From the NCBI GenBank assembly GCA_965247095.1, contig OZ251997.1, positions 1,952,001-2,016,000 on the forward strand: DNA of 64,000 bases. The letters run 5' to 3'. This DNA comes from Candidatus Multivorans sp. GTDB taxonomy: Bacteria > Acidobacteriota > Thermoanaerobaculia > Multivoradales > Multivoraceae. The notes under the pieces were generated by a model, which ran no database searches, had not been told where the DNA came from, and worked only from the letters and a program-made list of their open reading frames with translations. This document shows, piece after piece, positions 9,534-18,175 of this stretch (position 1 is its first letter; each line of letters begins with the position of its first letter). The translations under genes and the position numbers were made by a program.

Positions 9534-9565
9534 CACAGGAGCTTTGATCGGAGGGACAGAGAGCA

Positions 9566-9811
9566 ATGGCGAGCATTACAGTCCGCAATCTCGATGAGGA
9601 CGTCAAGAGTCGCCTACGGCTGAAGGCGGCCGGGAACGGCCGTTCGATGGAGGAGGAAGCGCGGATCATCCTGCGCGAGGCTGTCGCTGACGATGGAGTC
9701 CCCGAGAAAGGGCTGGGAACGGCGTTGCACGAACTCTTCAAGCGCTTCGGCGGCGTGGAACTCGAGTTGCCTCCGAGGGAGCCCATGCGTGAGCCACCCC
9801 GTTTCGACTGA
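9566..9811 (+). CDS. FitA/StbC-like ribbon-helix-helix antitoxin
   Basis: MASITVRNLDEDVKSRLRLKAAGNGRSMEEEARIIL signature. Confidence 0.92.
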   Translation: MASITVRNLDEDVKSRLRLKAAGNGRSMEEEARIILREAVADDGVPEKGLGTALHELFKRFGGVELELPPREPMREPPRFD

Positions 9812-10247
9812 ATCACCGGCCGCCGTCATCGTCGACACCAACGTCGTGTCGGAGTTGATGCGCAGCAGGCCGGAGGCCACGGTCATTGCTTGGCTGGACG
9901 ACCATTTCAGGCGCAATCTCTTCGTGACCGCCGTAACCGAAGCTGAGATCAGAGCCGGCATCGCCTATCTGCCTCAGGGCGAACGCCGGCGGCAACTCGC
10001 CCGAGCAGCCGAACGGGCCTTCGCCTCCCTGTTCGCCGGCCGCGTGCTGCCCTTCGACACGGAAGCGGCGCGCGCATATGCCGTGATCGCCGCTCGATGT
10101 CGTGAAGCTGGACGCCCGATCTCACAAGCCGACTGCCAGATCGCTGCAATCGCACGCACGCAAGACACGACCCTGGCAACGAGGAACGTTCGGGACTTCG
10201 AGCTGGCGGACGTGAAGGTCGTCGATCCATGGGCGTTCGCGGAGTGA
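9789..10247 (+). CDS. vapC: VapC/FitB PIN-domain toxin
   Basis: IVDTNVVSE, TEAEI, ADCQIAAIA, LATRNVRDF, VVDPW; start uncertain. Confidence 0.92.
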   Translation: MSHPVSTESPAAVIVDTNVVSELMRSRPEATVIAWLDDHFRRNLFVTAVTEAEIRAGIAYLPQGERRRQLARAAERAFASLFAGRVLPFDTEAARAYAVIAARCREAGRPISQADCQIAAIARTQDTTLATRNVRDFELADVKVVDPWAFAE

Positions 10248-11422
10248 AGGTCGACGATCTCGCCGGCGCCTTCCGCGATCGCTTCGGAGCCGAACCCGAG
10301 GTCGTCGCGCGCGCTCCGGGGCGGGTCAACCTGCTCGGCGCCCACGTCGACTACAGCGACGGGTGGGTCCTGCCGGCGGCGATTGACCGGTCGGTCTGGG
10401 TCGCGGCGCGGCGCGCGCCGGGCGAACGGACGCGCCTCGTGGCAAGCGACTTCAGCGAAGAGGCGTCCTTCGACGCGGCCGACATCGAGCCGCCCGTTGC
10501 GGAGCGCGGCGGAGAGACGTCCTGGAGCGACTACCCGCAGGGCCTGGCCTGGGCGCTCGCACAGCGCGGCATTGAGGCGCCGGCGATCGAAGCCGCCTTC
10601 GGCGGCGATCTGCCGATCGGCGCCGGCGTCAGCTCTTCGGCGGCGGTCGAGATGGCGTTCCTGCTCGCCTGGGAGCAGCTTGCCGGCTTCCATCTCTCAG
10701 GCATCGAATGCGCCCAGGTCGGACGCCTGGTCGAGAACGGCTACGTCGGCGTCCAGTCCGGGATCATGGACCAGTTCGCCTCGGTTCACGGCCGCCAGGG
10801 ACATGCCCTGCTGCTCGACTGCCGGTCGCTCGAACACGAGCTCATCCCGACGCCGGAGGACCTGGTCTTCCTGGTCGCCGACACGGGCGTCCGCCGCGCC
10901 CTCGCCGCCGGCACCGGCTTCAACGACCGCAAGAGCGAGTGCGCCCGGGCCGCGGACCTGCTGCGGCCGTACCTGCCTGGCCTCTCCACCCTCCGCGACC
11001 TGGCGCCCGCCGACCTCGACCGGCTGCAGCACGTCCTCGAGCCGCCGCTCGACGGCCGCGCCCGCCACGTCGTCACCGAGTGCCGGCGCGTCCTTGACGG
11101 CGCGGAGGCCCTACGCCACGGCGACCTGCACACGCTCGGCGACCTGATGGGCCAATCGCACCGGAGCTCCCGCGACGACTACGACGTCAGCATCGAGGAA
11201 CTCGACGTGCTCGCCGAAGCCGCCGCCGGCGCCGACGGCTGCTTCGGCGCCCGGCTCACCGGCGCCGGTTTCGGCGGCTGCGTCACCGCGATCACCAGCG
11301 AAGACGCCGCCGACCGTGTGCGCGAGCAGACCGCCGTCGCCTTCGAACGGCGCTTCGGCCGCCGGCCGGAGATTCACACCTGCCGGGTCGGGGACGGGGC
11401 GGGCGTGGTGGAGACCGGTTAA
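10244..11422 (+). CDS. galK: Galactokinase
   Basis: APGRVNLLGAHVDY, PIGAGVSSSAA, GIMDQ, GARLTGAGFGGC; GTGA overlap with vapC stop. Confidence 0.92.
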   Translation: MKVDDLAGAFRDRFGAEPEVVARAPGRVNLLGAHVDYSDGWVLPAAIDRSVWVAARRAPGERTRLVASDFSEEASFDAADIEPPVAERGGETSWSDYPQGLAWALAQRGIEAPAIEAAFGGDLPIGAGVSSSAAVEMAFLLAWEQLAGFHLSGIECAQVGRLVENGYVGVQSGIMDQFASVHGRQGHALLLDCRSLEHELIPTPEDLVFLVADTGVRRALAAGTGFNDRKSECARAADLLRPYLPGLSTLRDLAPADLDRLQHVLEPPLDGRARHVVTECRRVLDGAEALRHGDLHTLGDLMGQSHRSSRDDYDVSIEELDVLAEAAAGADGCFGARLTGAGFGGCVTAITSEDAADRVREQTAVAFERRFGRRPEIHTCRVGDGAGVVETG

Positions 11423-11581
11423 GTCGCCGCCGGCCATGTCCTTCCGATGAACAAGACGCGGTTCCGACCAACTAGTTGCGCCAGGGCACCCCACTCGAAG
11501 CGACGACGTCTCTCTGGGTGCGCGGGCCTTCTGGCCCGCATCAAGTGCGAGGCCGCGAAGCGGCCGGCGCGAGTCGCCCCG

Positions 11582-11986
11582 CTAGGCCGAGACGAGCGAG
11601 TGCGCCAAGTCCCGCACTCGACGAGGGTTCCCATCCTCCGGCCGCCACCCTGCCGAAAGCAGGCCGGCGGGTGAACGACCGTCGAGCAGCGCCCGAGGGC
11701 GATCGAACCAACGCCGCACGCCGGTCTCGCTGTAGGCGCCCAAGAGATCGTCCACCACCAAGGCGAGGAAGCGCAGCCGCGCCGCCAAGTCATCCGGCAT
11801 CTCGCCGCCCTGCGACAGGTAGCGGTGCAGACTAGTCGATGAGACCCCAAGCAGACGGGCCAACAGTTCAACGCCAAGGAGACCGTTCAGTTCCTTTCCC
11901 TTAGACGATGCAGGCGACGAAACCATGCTGGAAACGTACTCCCAAAGGTCCCGCCCGGTCAAGGGGGTCGGCAGGATAGGGATCAT
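11582..11986 (-). CDS. Xre/MbcA/ParS-type antitoxin (HTH plus toxin-binding domain), no intact cognate toxin
   Basis: HTH LLARLLGVSSTSLHRY and C-terminal VRRWFDRPRALLDGRSPAGLL; no recognisable RES ORF downstream. Confidence 0.75.
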   Translation of the reverse strand: MIPILPTPLTGRDLWEYVSSMVSSPASSKGKELNGLLGVELLARLLGVSSTSLHRYLSQGGEMPDDLAARLRFLALVVDDLLGAYSETGVRRWFDRPRALLDGRSPAGLLSAGWRPEDGNPRRVRDLAHSLVSA

Positions 11987-12063
11987 TCAGGACCATTGAG
12001 GGCGACCGGTTCCGCCTACGGACTTAGCCCATCATGGAGAGTCAGTCCGCCGGGGCCAGGACG

Positions 12064-12097
12064 GACCCTAAGATGTCAAGATCGTCACTACCACTAA
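12064..12097 (+). pseudogene. higB: Remnant of the higB toxin 3' end
   Basis: GGA CCC TAA GAT GTC AAG ATC GTC -AC TAC CAC TAA reads GP*DVKIV(D)YH*, a decayed version of the HigB C-terminus (xVEIVDYH*), directly before the higA RBS. Confidence 0.6.
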
Positions 12098-12111
12098 GGA
12101 GGCCTACCGAG

Positions 12112-12417
12112 ATGACCGCCAGAAACGGCATGAGACCCGTACATCCCGGCGAGATTCTGCGTGAAGAACTGGACGAACTCGGTCTGTCGGCCAACGCACT
12201 GTCGAAGGCCCTGGGCGTGCCTGTGCATCGCCTCACGGCCATCCTTAACGGGCAGCGCGGGGTTACAGCGAACACCGCGCTGCGTCTGGCCCGCTACTTC
12301 GGCACGACGCCCGAGCTCTGGCTGAACCTCCAGAAGACGTGGGAGCTCCGCTGTGCCAAGATCGAAGCAGGCCGCCAGAGCGCCGATCAGATCGAGCCCC
12401 GGCCGACTGTTGCGTAG
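12112..12417 (+). CDS. higA: HigA family addiction-module antitoxin
   Basis: MRPVHPGEILREE, LTAILNGQRGVTANTALRLARYFGTTPELWLNLQ; RBS AAGGAGG. Confidence 0.93.
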   Translation: MTARNGMRPVHPGEILREELDELGLSANALSKALGVPVHRLTAILNGQRGVTANTALRLARYFGTTPELWLNLQKTWELRCAKIEAGRQSADQIEPRPTVA

Positions 12418-12446
12418 GGGAAAGGAGGAGGCTCTCCCTAGGTACA

Positions 12447-12490
12447 CAACACGGCTGCGTGTTGACTTTTCCGTGTATCACGGCTACGGT
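12447..12490 (+). promoter_or_regulatory. Putative promoter of the type I R-M operon with two palindromes
   Basis: TTGACT (12462)-17 bp-TACGGT (12485); ATG 8 nt later with no RBS (leaderless?); inverted repeats CAACACG-n4-CGTGTTG and CCGTG-n3-CACGG. Confidence 0.5.
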
Positions 12491-12498
12491 ACCCAGAC

Positions 12499-13107
12499 AT
12501 GGAGAGATTGATTGACGTGGCCCGAGTCAGCCAGGGTCTAGCCCGCTCGGGCCGCGGGGCCGGCAACCAGACCGGAAATTGGAAGCTCCGAGTTGTCGAG
12601 AGTGCCAACGTGGCCCATGACGGATGGCTCTGCCTCGAGGGTCTACCGGAAATCGAGGTCGCGCAGAACACCCGCACGGAGCGCCACCTGCTTCGGCCCT
12701 TTGATGTACTCGTCACGGCCCGCTCTCTGCACGCACACGTGGCGCTGGTCCCACCGATCGTCTCGCGGACCGTGGCCAGCATCACCCTGCTGGTCGTGCG
12801 CCCCAACCGCCCTGAGGCGGGCATGGGCCACTACCTCTACTACTACCTGAGTTCGACTTTCGGCCGGAGGCAAATCGCCAGGCACCTGACGGTCGGCACC
12901 AGGTTCCCACTGATCTCAGCCAGGAGCCTCGGAGAGATCCAGGTGCCGTTGCCGTCTGCACGAGAACTCGACCTGATTGCTCAACTTGTGGAGGCATCAG
13001 AGGCTGCCCACACTTCAGCAATCACAGCCGCCCGGCTACGCCGCGAATCGCTCCGCGACTCCATCATCCACACTATCGGCGCCAAGACGGCCTCGATTTC
13101 TCCATAG
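12499..13107 (+). CDS. Single-TRD (half) type I restriction specificity subunit-like protein
   Basis: LRPFDVLVTAR, YLYYYLSS, ISARSLGEIQVPLPS...IAQLV followed by a helical coiled coil, i.e. one HsdS repeat unit. Confidence 0.7.
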   Translation: MERLIDVARVSQGLARSGRGAGNQTGNWKLRVVESANVAHDGWLCLEGLPEIEVAQNTRTERHLLRPFDVLVTARSLHAHVALVPPIVSRTVASITLLVVRPNRPEAGMGHYLYYYLSSTFGRRQIARHLTVGTRFPLISARSLGEIQVPLPSARELDLIAQLVEASEAAHTSAITAARLRRESLRDSIIHTIGAKTASISP

Positions 13108-13115
13108 GACAGCGC

Positions 13116-14645
13116 ATGCCACTAACAAGCCAGGAACTCCAATCCAAGCTGTGGCAGGCCGCGGACATCCTCCGTGGCCAGATCGACGCCGCCGACTACA
13201 AGAACTACATCTTCTCAGTGCTGTTCCTGAAACGGCTCGCAGACCGATTCGACGAGGAGGTGGGGGCCGCCATCTCGGCAGGCGTACCGCACGACGCAGC
13301 GTTGACCGACGCCGACGAGCATGAGTTCTTCGTCCCGGCGTCCGCACGCTGGGCGGCGCTCACCGCGGCCTCGATGAATCTCGGCGAGGCGCTCAACGTC
13401 GCCGGCCAAGAAATTGAGGATGCGAACACACCCAGGCTGGACGGCGTACTGACGAACACGAACTGGAACGACGAGTCCAAACTCGGCAGCCCGGCCAACC
13501 GCGAACGCATCATCCGCAGCCTGTTGAACCACTTCGCTGCTCTCGATCTGCGCGACGCAAACCTGCGAGACCCGGACGGTGGCGTCGACAACGTGCTGGG
13601 CGATGCCTACGAGTACTTGATCAATCAGTTCGCCGACGACGCCGGCAAGAAAGGCGGCGAGTTCTACACGCCGCGCCCGATCGTGCAACTGATCGTCGAA
13701 CTGCTCCAGCCGAAAGAGGGAATGCGGATCTGCGACCCCACGGCGGGTTCGGGCGGCATGCTCATCTTCACCGCGCAGTTCGTGCAGAAGAACGGTGGCG
13801 ACCGGCGGAACCTCGTGCTCCATGGGCAAGAGCGCAACCTGGGAACACTCGCCGCAGGCAAGCTGAACCTCCTGCTCCACGGTCTGTCCGCGGCCAGGCT
13901 GGAGGCCGGCGACGTGATCGCAGAGCCCGGCCTAGTCGACTCCAAGGGCCGCCTGCTCTCGTATGATCGCGTGGTCGCCAATCCTCCCTTCAGCCTCAAG
14001 AACTGGGGTCACGACTTCGCGCCAAACGACCCACACCGCCGCTTCAACCGCTTCAAAGCGATCCCGCCGCGAACGAGGGGTGACCTAGGCTTCCTGCTCC
14101 ACATGCTGGCGGTGACCAATGCGAAGGGCATGGTGGGCGTGGTGATGCCCCACGGCATCCTGTTTCGTGGCGGGGCCGAAGGGAAGATCCGCCAGGGCAT
14201 CGTCGAGGCGGACCTCTTCGAAGCGATCATCGGATTGGCACCCAACCTCTTCTTCGGCGCCTCCATACCCGTGTCCATCTGCGTCCTGAACAAGGCGAAG
14301 CCGCCGGGCCGCCGAGGCAAGGTCTTGTTCGTGGACGCGGCGCAAGAGGGCTGCTTCCGGCAAGGAAAGGGCCAGAACTTCCTGGATCCCGAGCACATCG
14401 ACAAGATCGCCAAGGCGTACCACGCCTTTTCGGACATCGAACGGTTCGCCCATGTCGCCGACTTGGCCGAGATTGAGGCCAACGACTTCAACCTGAACAT
14501 CAGCCGCTACGTCGACACGACGGAAGTGGAGGAAGTGTTGAGTGTCGAGGAAGCGCTCACGCAGTTGCGGCACGCGGAGCAAGAGCGCGAAGAAGCCGTG
14601 GCAACGATGGATGGGCTGCTGAGGGAGCTGGGCTATGACCGATGA
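13116..14645 (+). CDS. hsdM: Type I R-M methyltransferase subunit M (m6A)
   Basis: LWQAADILRG, GEFYTPR, DPTAGSGGML, NPPF, PHGILFRG. Confidence 0.97.
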   Translation: MPLTSQELQSKLWQAADILRGQIDAADYKNYIFSVLFLKRLADRFDEEVGAAISAGVPHDAALTDADEHEFFVPASARWAALTAASMNLGEALNVAGQEIEDANTPRLDGVLTNTNWNDESKLGSPANRERIIRSLLNHFAALDLRDANLRDPDGGVDNVLGDAYEYLINQFADDAGKKGGEFYTPRPIVQLIVELLQPKEGMRICDPTAGSGGMLIFTAQFVQKNGGDRRNLVLHGQERNLGTLAAGKLNLLLHGLSAARLEAGDVIAEPGLVDSKGRLLSYDRVVANPPFSLKNWGHDFAPNDPHRRFNRFKAIPPRTRGDLGFLLHMLAVTNAKGMVGVVMPHGILFRGGAEGKIRQGIVEADLFEAIIGLAPNLFFGASIPVSICVLNKAKPPGRRGKVLFVDAAQEGCFRQGKGQNFLDPEHIDKIAKAYHAFSDIERFAHVADLAEIEANDFNLNISRYVDTTEVEEVLSVEEALTQLRHAEQEREEAVATMDGLLRELGYDR

Positions 14646-14690
14646 AGGGCAGCACCTAGGCGACGATCGGGCGATTCCCGAGGCGCGCGC

Positions 14691-15929
14691 ATGACGGAAC
14701 GAAGACCAGTCCCGGACGGCTGGAACCGGGTGCCGCTCAGTGCCGTTGCGACCGTAGTGATGGGCCAGTCGCCGCCCGGCAACACCGTGTCTGACCTCAG
14801 AGAAGCCACCCCTGAGGATGGTGGGCTGCCCTTCCTTCAAGGCAACGCTGAGTTCGGGCGCAGTTCCCCCGCTCCAACGAAGTGGTGCTACCGACCTGCC
14901 AAGGTGAGCGCCGCTGGGGACCTCCTGATCAGCGTGAGGGCACCTGTCGGCCATACGAATCGGGCTGACCAGCCACTCGCCATCGGCCGTGGCCTCGCCG
15001 CCGTTAGGTTCCTCCATGTGTCCCCGGATTTCGGATGGCATGCCGTGAATCGCGCGAAGAAAGCTCTCCAGCGGCTCGCGCAAGGCAGCACTTTCGGAGC
15101 TATCAACGGGAAAGAACTGCGTCAACTGACCTTTCCCCTCCCTCCCCTCCACGAACAACAAGCCATCGCTACGACGCTCAACGCCATCGATGAAGCGATC
15201 GGGCGAGCCGAGAACATCATCTCCGTCACTGAGAACCTGCTCGATGCCCTCCGCCAGGAACTCCTCACCCGCGGCCTCCCCGGCCGCCACACGGGGTGGC
15301 GAGAAGTACCGAAGCTCGGCACGATCCCCTGTTCTTGGAGAACCGCCAAGGTCGAGGATGTCGCCGAAATCGTGGGCGGAAGCACTCCGGCTAGAAGCAA
15401 GCCAGAGAATTGGGGTGGCGACATCCCATGGCTGACACCTTCGGAGATCTCTGAGAACACTGGAATGTACATTTCCCGTTCCCGCGAGAAACTCACGGCG
15501 GCCGGCCGTAGAACCGCCGGACTCTCACTCCTGCCCAAGGGATCCGTACTCCTCACGAGCCGGGCCACGATCGGGGCCACGGCTGTCGCGACGATGGCAA
15601 CCACAACGAACCAAGGCTTTCAGAACCTCGTACCGCGGGAACGCACAGACCCGCTGTGGCTCTACTACGAGATGACCCACAGCAAGCAGCGTCTGAAGGC
15701 ACTCGCTGCCGGCAGTACGTTTCGGGAAGTCTCCCGCAGAGCCGTCGCCACCCTCGACATTCCGTACCCTCCTTTGCAAGAGCAGAAAGCGATAGCCGGG
15801 GTCCTAAGTCGCGTCGACGGGGCGATCGAGCAGGCCGCGAATCAACTGCAAGCGATGGTCGGGCTGCGAACGGCGATGGCCGATGCACTGCTGACCGGCC
15901 GCCTTCGAGTCGTGAGCGCACGTGGCTAG
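14691..15929 (+). CDS. hsdS: Type I R-M specificity subunit S
   Basis: Two TRD repeats (GQSPP...; GGSTP...) each ending GSTF...PPLxEQxAI; RQELLT conserved region. Confidence 0.95.
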   Translation: MTERRPVPDGWNRVPLSAVATVVMGQSPPGNTVSDLREATPEDGGLPFLQGNAEFGRSSPAPTKWCYRPAKVSAAGDLLISVRAPVGHTNRADQPLAIGRGLAAVRFLHVSPDFGWHAVNRAKKALQRLAQGSTFGAINGKELRQLTFPLPPLHEQQAIATTLNAIDEAIGRAENIISVTENLLDALRQELLTRGLPGRHTGWREVPKLGTIPCSWRTAKVEDVAEIVGGSTPARSKPENWGGDIPWLTPSEISENTGMYISRSREKLTAAGRRTAGLSLLPKGSVLLTSRATIGATAVATMATTTNQGFQNLVPRERTDPLWLYYEMTHSKQRLKALAAGSTFREVSRRAVATLDIPYPPLQEQKAIAGVLSRVDGAIEQAANQLQAMVGLRTAMADALLTGRLRVVSARG

Positions 15930-16905
15930 GCCCACCCGATCCACGTCCATGGCAAAGTGTGCTGAGTCCGCCCTTCTTGCAGCGATCGACGTCTACAACA
16001 AGCCCTTGGCCGAGCACCGGGAGCAGACTCTCGCGTTGCTCCTCATCAACGCCTGGGAGGTCCTGCTCAAGGCCCGCGTACTGCAGCTCAACGACAACAA
16101 GCTGCCTTCAATCTACCAACGCCAGAAGGGGTCGCGTCGCTACCGGCGCACCCGGACGGGTGAACCCTGGACAATCGATATCTGGGATGCGCTCAATAGG
16201 GTCGCCGCGCCCCAGCCGATTCGCTCGAACCTTGACGGCCTGAACCTGGTCCGAAACCAAGCCGCGCACGAAGGCCTTCTAGCGAACCCACTAAAGCGGA
16301 GTGTTCTCGACTACGGGACGGCGGCTGTTCAGAACTTCGCCCACTACGCCGAGTCCTGGTTCGAACTCACTGTGCGAGTCCCCTACCTGCTTCCGATCGG
16401 CTTTCTCGGTGCCGCTGCGGCTGCGGGGCCGCCTCCGAACCAGAGCCAAAGACAGCTACTCAGAAATCTCAAAGAGATCGCATCGGACCATGGGGACCCA
16501 GATTCGCAGTACGCAGTCACCATTAGACTCAGGATCGAGCTGAATCCCGGATTCTCAGGCGGCGGCAGCATCGGCCCAACCACCGACCCCCTTGCCCCCA
16601 AAGTGCGGTTGTCGGACGATCAAGCGCTTGAGATATTCCCCGCCACCTACGGGCAAATCCTTGAGGAGTGCAGGACGCGTTACCCGCAGTTCAAGCAGAA
16701 CAGGCGCTTCAACCACGCGATGAAGGCGGTGAAGGAGGATCCTGAATGCGCCTACAAACGCAAACTTGATCCTCGACAAAAGGGCGGCACCGAACGGACA
16801 TTCTACAATTCATGCACGACCCTGGCGCGCCTCGACCGTGAGTATCGAACACACGCCGCGAAGACGGGACGAGCCGTACAGATGAACAAGGGGACGCCGC
16901 GGTGA
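15922..16905 (+). CDS. DUF3644-like protein with HEPN-type RxxxxH motif (putative RNase effector)
   Basis: ALLAAIDVYNKP...LLINAWEVLLKA N-terminus; RNQAAH motif; lies between hsdS and hsdR. Confidence 0.7.
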   Translation: MARPTRSTSMAKCAESALLAAIDVYNKPLAEHREQTLALLLINAWEVLLKARVLQLNDNKLPSIYQRQKGSRRYRRTRTGEPWTIDIWDALNRVAAPQPIRSNLDGLNLVRNQAAHEGLLANPLKRSVLDYGTAAVQNFAHYAESWFELTVRVPYLLPIGFLGAAAAAGPPPNQSQRQLLRNLKEIASDHGDPDSQYAVTIRLRIELNPGFSGGGSIGPTTDPLAPKVRLSDDQALEIFPATYGQILEECRTRYPQFKQNRRFNHAMKAVKEDPECAYKRKLDPRQKGGTERTFYNSCTTLARLDREYRTHAAKTGRAVQMNKGTPR

Positions 16906-17765
16906 CCACGAAGCGAATAGCCCTCACATTCGAGGGGCCCGACGTCAATGAACGCGGCGTTCCTCTGGACGACCTCCAAAGAGCGCTAGGGCACGTTCAA
17001 CGGGCGCTGGAACTCACCGTGCGGCACCTGGCGGGCCTCCACGAGGCCGATCCGCTGCCGGAGGCCCTCAAGGCCCAGTGCGAGCTCAGGGTGGTGGGCA
17101 TCTACCGAGGTTCTCTGACCGTGGAACTGGAACTGAAGTCGGAGGGGGCTCTGCCACCGGACTCCGACGACCTCGGCGCTCAAGCCCTCAATGCCGTCCT
17201 GAACTGGTGCAGTGGCGGAGCCCAGGGTGGCACGCGCCTGCAACCGGCCGCGGCCGCGGAGCTTGCCGCAGTCCGCGAGGACGTGTCGTCGAACCTGACC
17301 GCCGTGAAACTCGAGGGGATGTCGCTCCCTCCTTCTTCCGGTCCGAAGCGCCCCCTGCCGCCACGGACCGCAGAATCGAGACCGAACGGAGAGAAGCTCA
17401 AGGCACACCTGCATGGAACCCTCTCGGAGGTCGACTGGGGGCGCCGTACTGCCCGGCTTCGCCAACACGGCGGCACGCCCGTGCCACTCAGCTTTGGAGC
17501 GGACCTCGACGAGGACATGCTGCGGCTGGCAACGCAGTACGTTGAGGTAGAGGGCGAGGGTTGTATCGAGGCGGACGACGAACGGTGGACGAGCGTCGAC
17601 GTCAGGAGGATTACGGGGACGCGATCCTGCTTTGAACCCTTCGATCTCGGAGAGCTGGATGGGAGAGCAGGCTTCGTATTCGGGCGTGACGCGAGCGTCA
17701 CGGTGAGCGATCCCTACGACCACGATGAGTTCATGCTCGTCATCCGGGAAGCGCGGGGAGCGTAG
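16902..17765 (+). CDS. Hypothetical protein, putative antitoxin/sensor partner of the downstream PIN toxin
   Basis: 287 aa; OB-fold-like C-terminal region (HGTLSEVD...VEVEGEG) and acidic VapB-like terminal helix (DHDEFMLVIREAR); stop abuts the PIN start. Confidence 0.65.
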   Translation: MTTKRIALTFEGPDVNERGVPLDDLQRALGHVQRALELTVRHLAGLHEADPLPEALKAQCELRVVGIYRGSLTVELELKSEGALPPDSDDLGAQALNAVLNWCSGGAQGGTRLQPAAAAELAAVREDVSSNLTAVKLEGMSLPPSSGPKRPLPPRTAESRPNGEKLKAHLHGTLSEVDWGRRTARLRQHGGTPVPLSFGADLDEDMLRLATQYVEVEGEGCIEADDERWTSVDVRRITGTRSCFEPFDLGELDGRAGFVFGRDASVTVSDPYDHDEFMLVIREARGA

Positions 17766-18175
17766 TGGATGCCAAGGGCCAGACGAACGCCGTGCTCGAC
17801 ACCAGTGTCGTCTCCATACTGTTCGGCGACACCAGCAAATCTCCGCTCTACAGCAAGGAACTTGTTGGCCTTAGAGGGGTCATCTCGTTCCAGACGTTGG
17901 AAGAAGTGTGGTTCGGAGCGTTCTTGGCAGGCTGGGGAACGCGCCGAAGAGCCGAACTGGCGGCACACCTGAACCAGTACCTCGTGATCTGGCCCAATCC
18001 AGCCCTCGTTGATCGATGCGCTCGCCTCCGTACGGCGAGGCGCGCCGCCGGGAAGGAGCTGAGTACTGCTGACGCATGGATCGCCGCCACCGCCATCATG
18101 CTGGGGTGCCCATTGGCGTCGGACGACGGCGACTTCGACCGCATACCAGGGCTTGAAGTGATCCGGATCGAATGA
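17765..18175 (+). CDS. PIN-domain (VapC-like) nuclease
   Basis: VLDTSVVS, QTLEE, ADAWIAATA, LASDDGDF. Confidence 0.9.
   Translation: MDAKGQTNAVLDTSVVSILFGDTSKSPLYSKELVGLRGVISFQTLEEVWFGAFLAGWGTRRRAELAAHLNQYLVIWPNPALVDRCARLRTARRAAGKELSTADAWIAATAIMLGCPLASDDGDFDRIPGLEVIRIE

Noticed and set aside
11419-11581. RES toxin expected downstream of the Xre/MbcA antitoxin
   Set aside because: Only about 160 bp are available and no RES motif is recognisable in any frame
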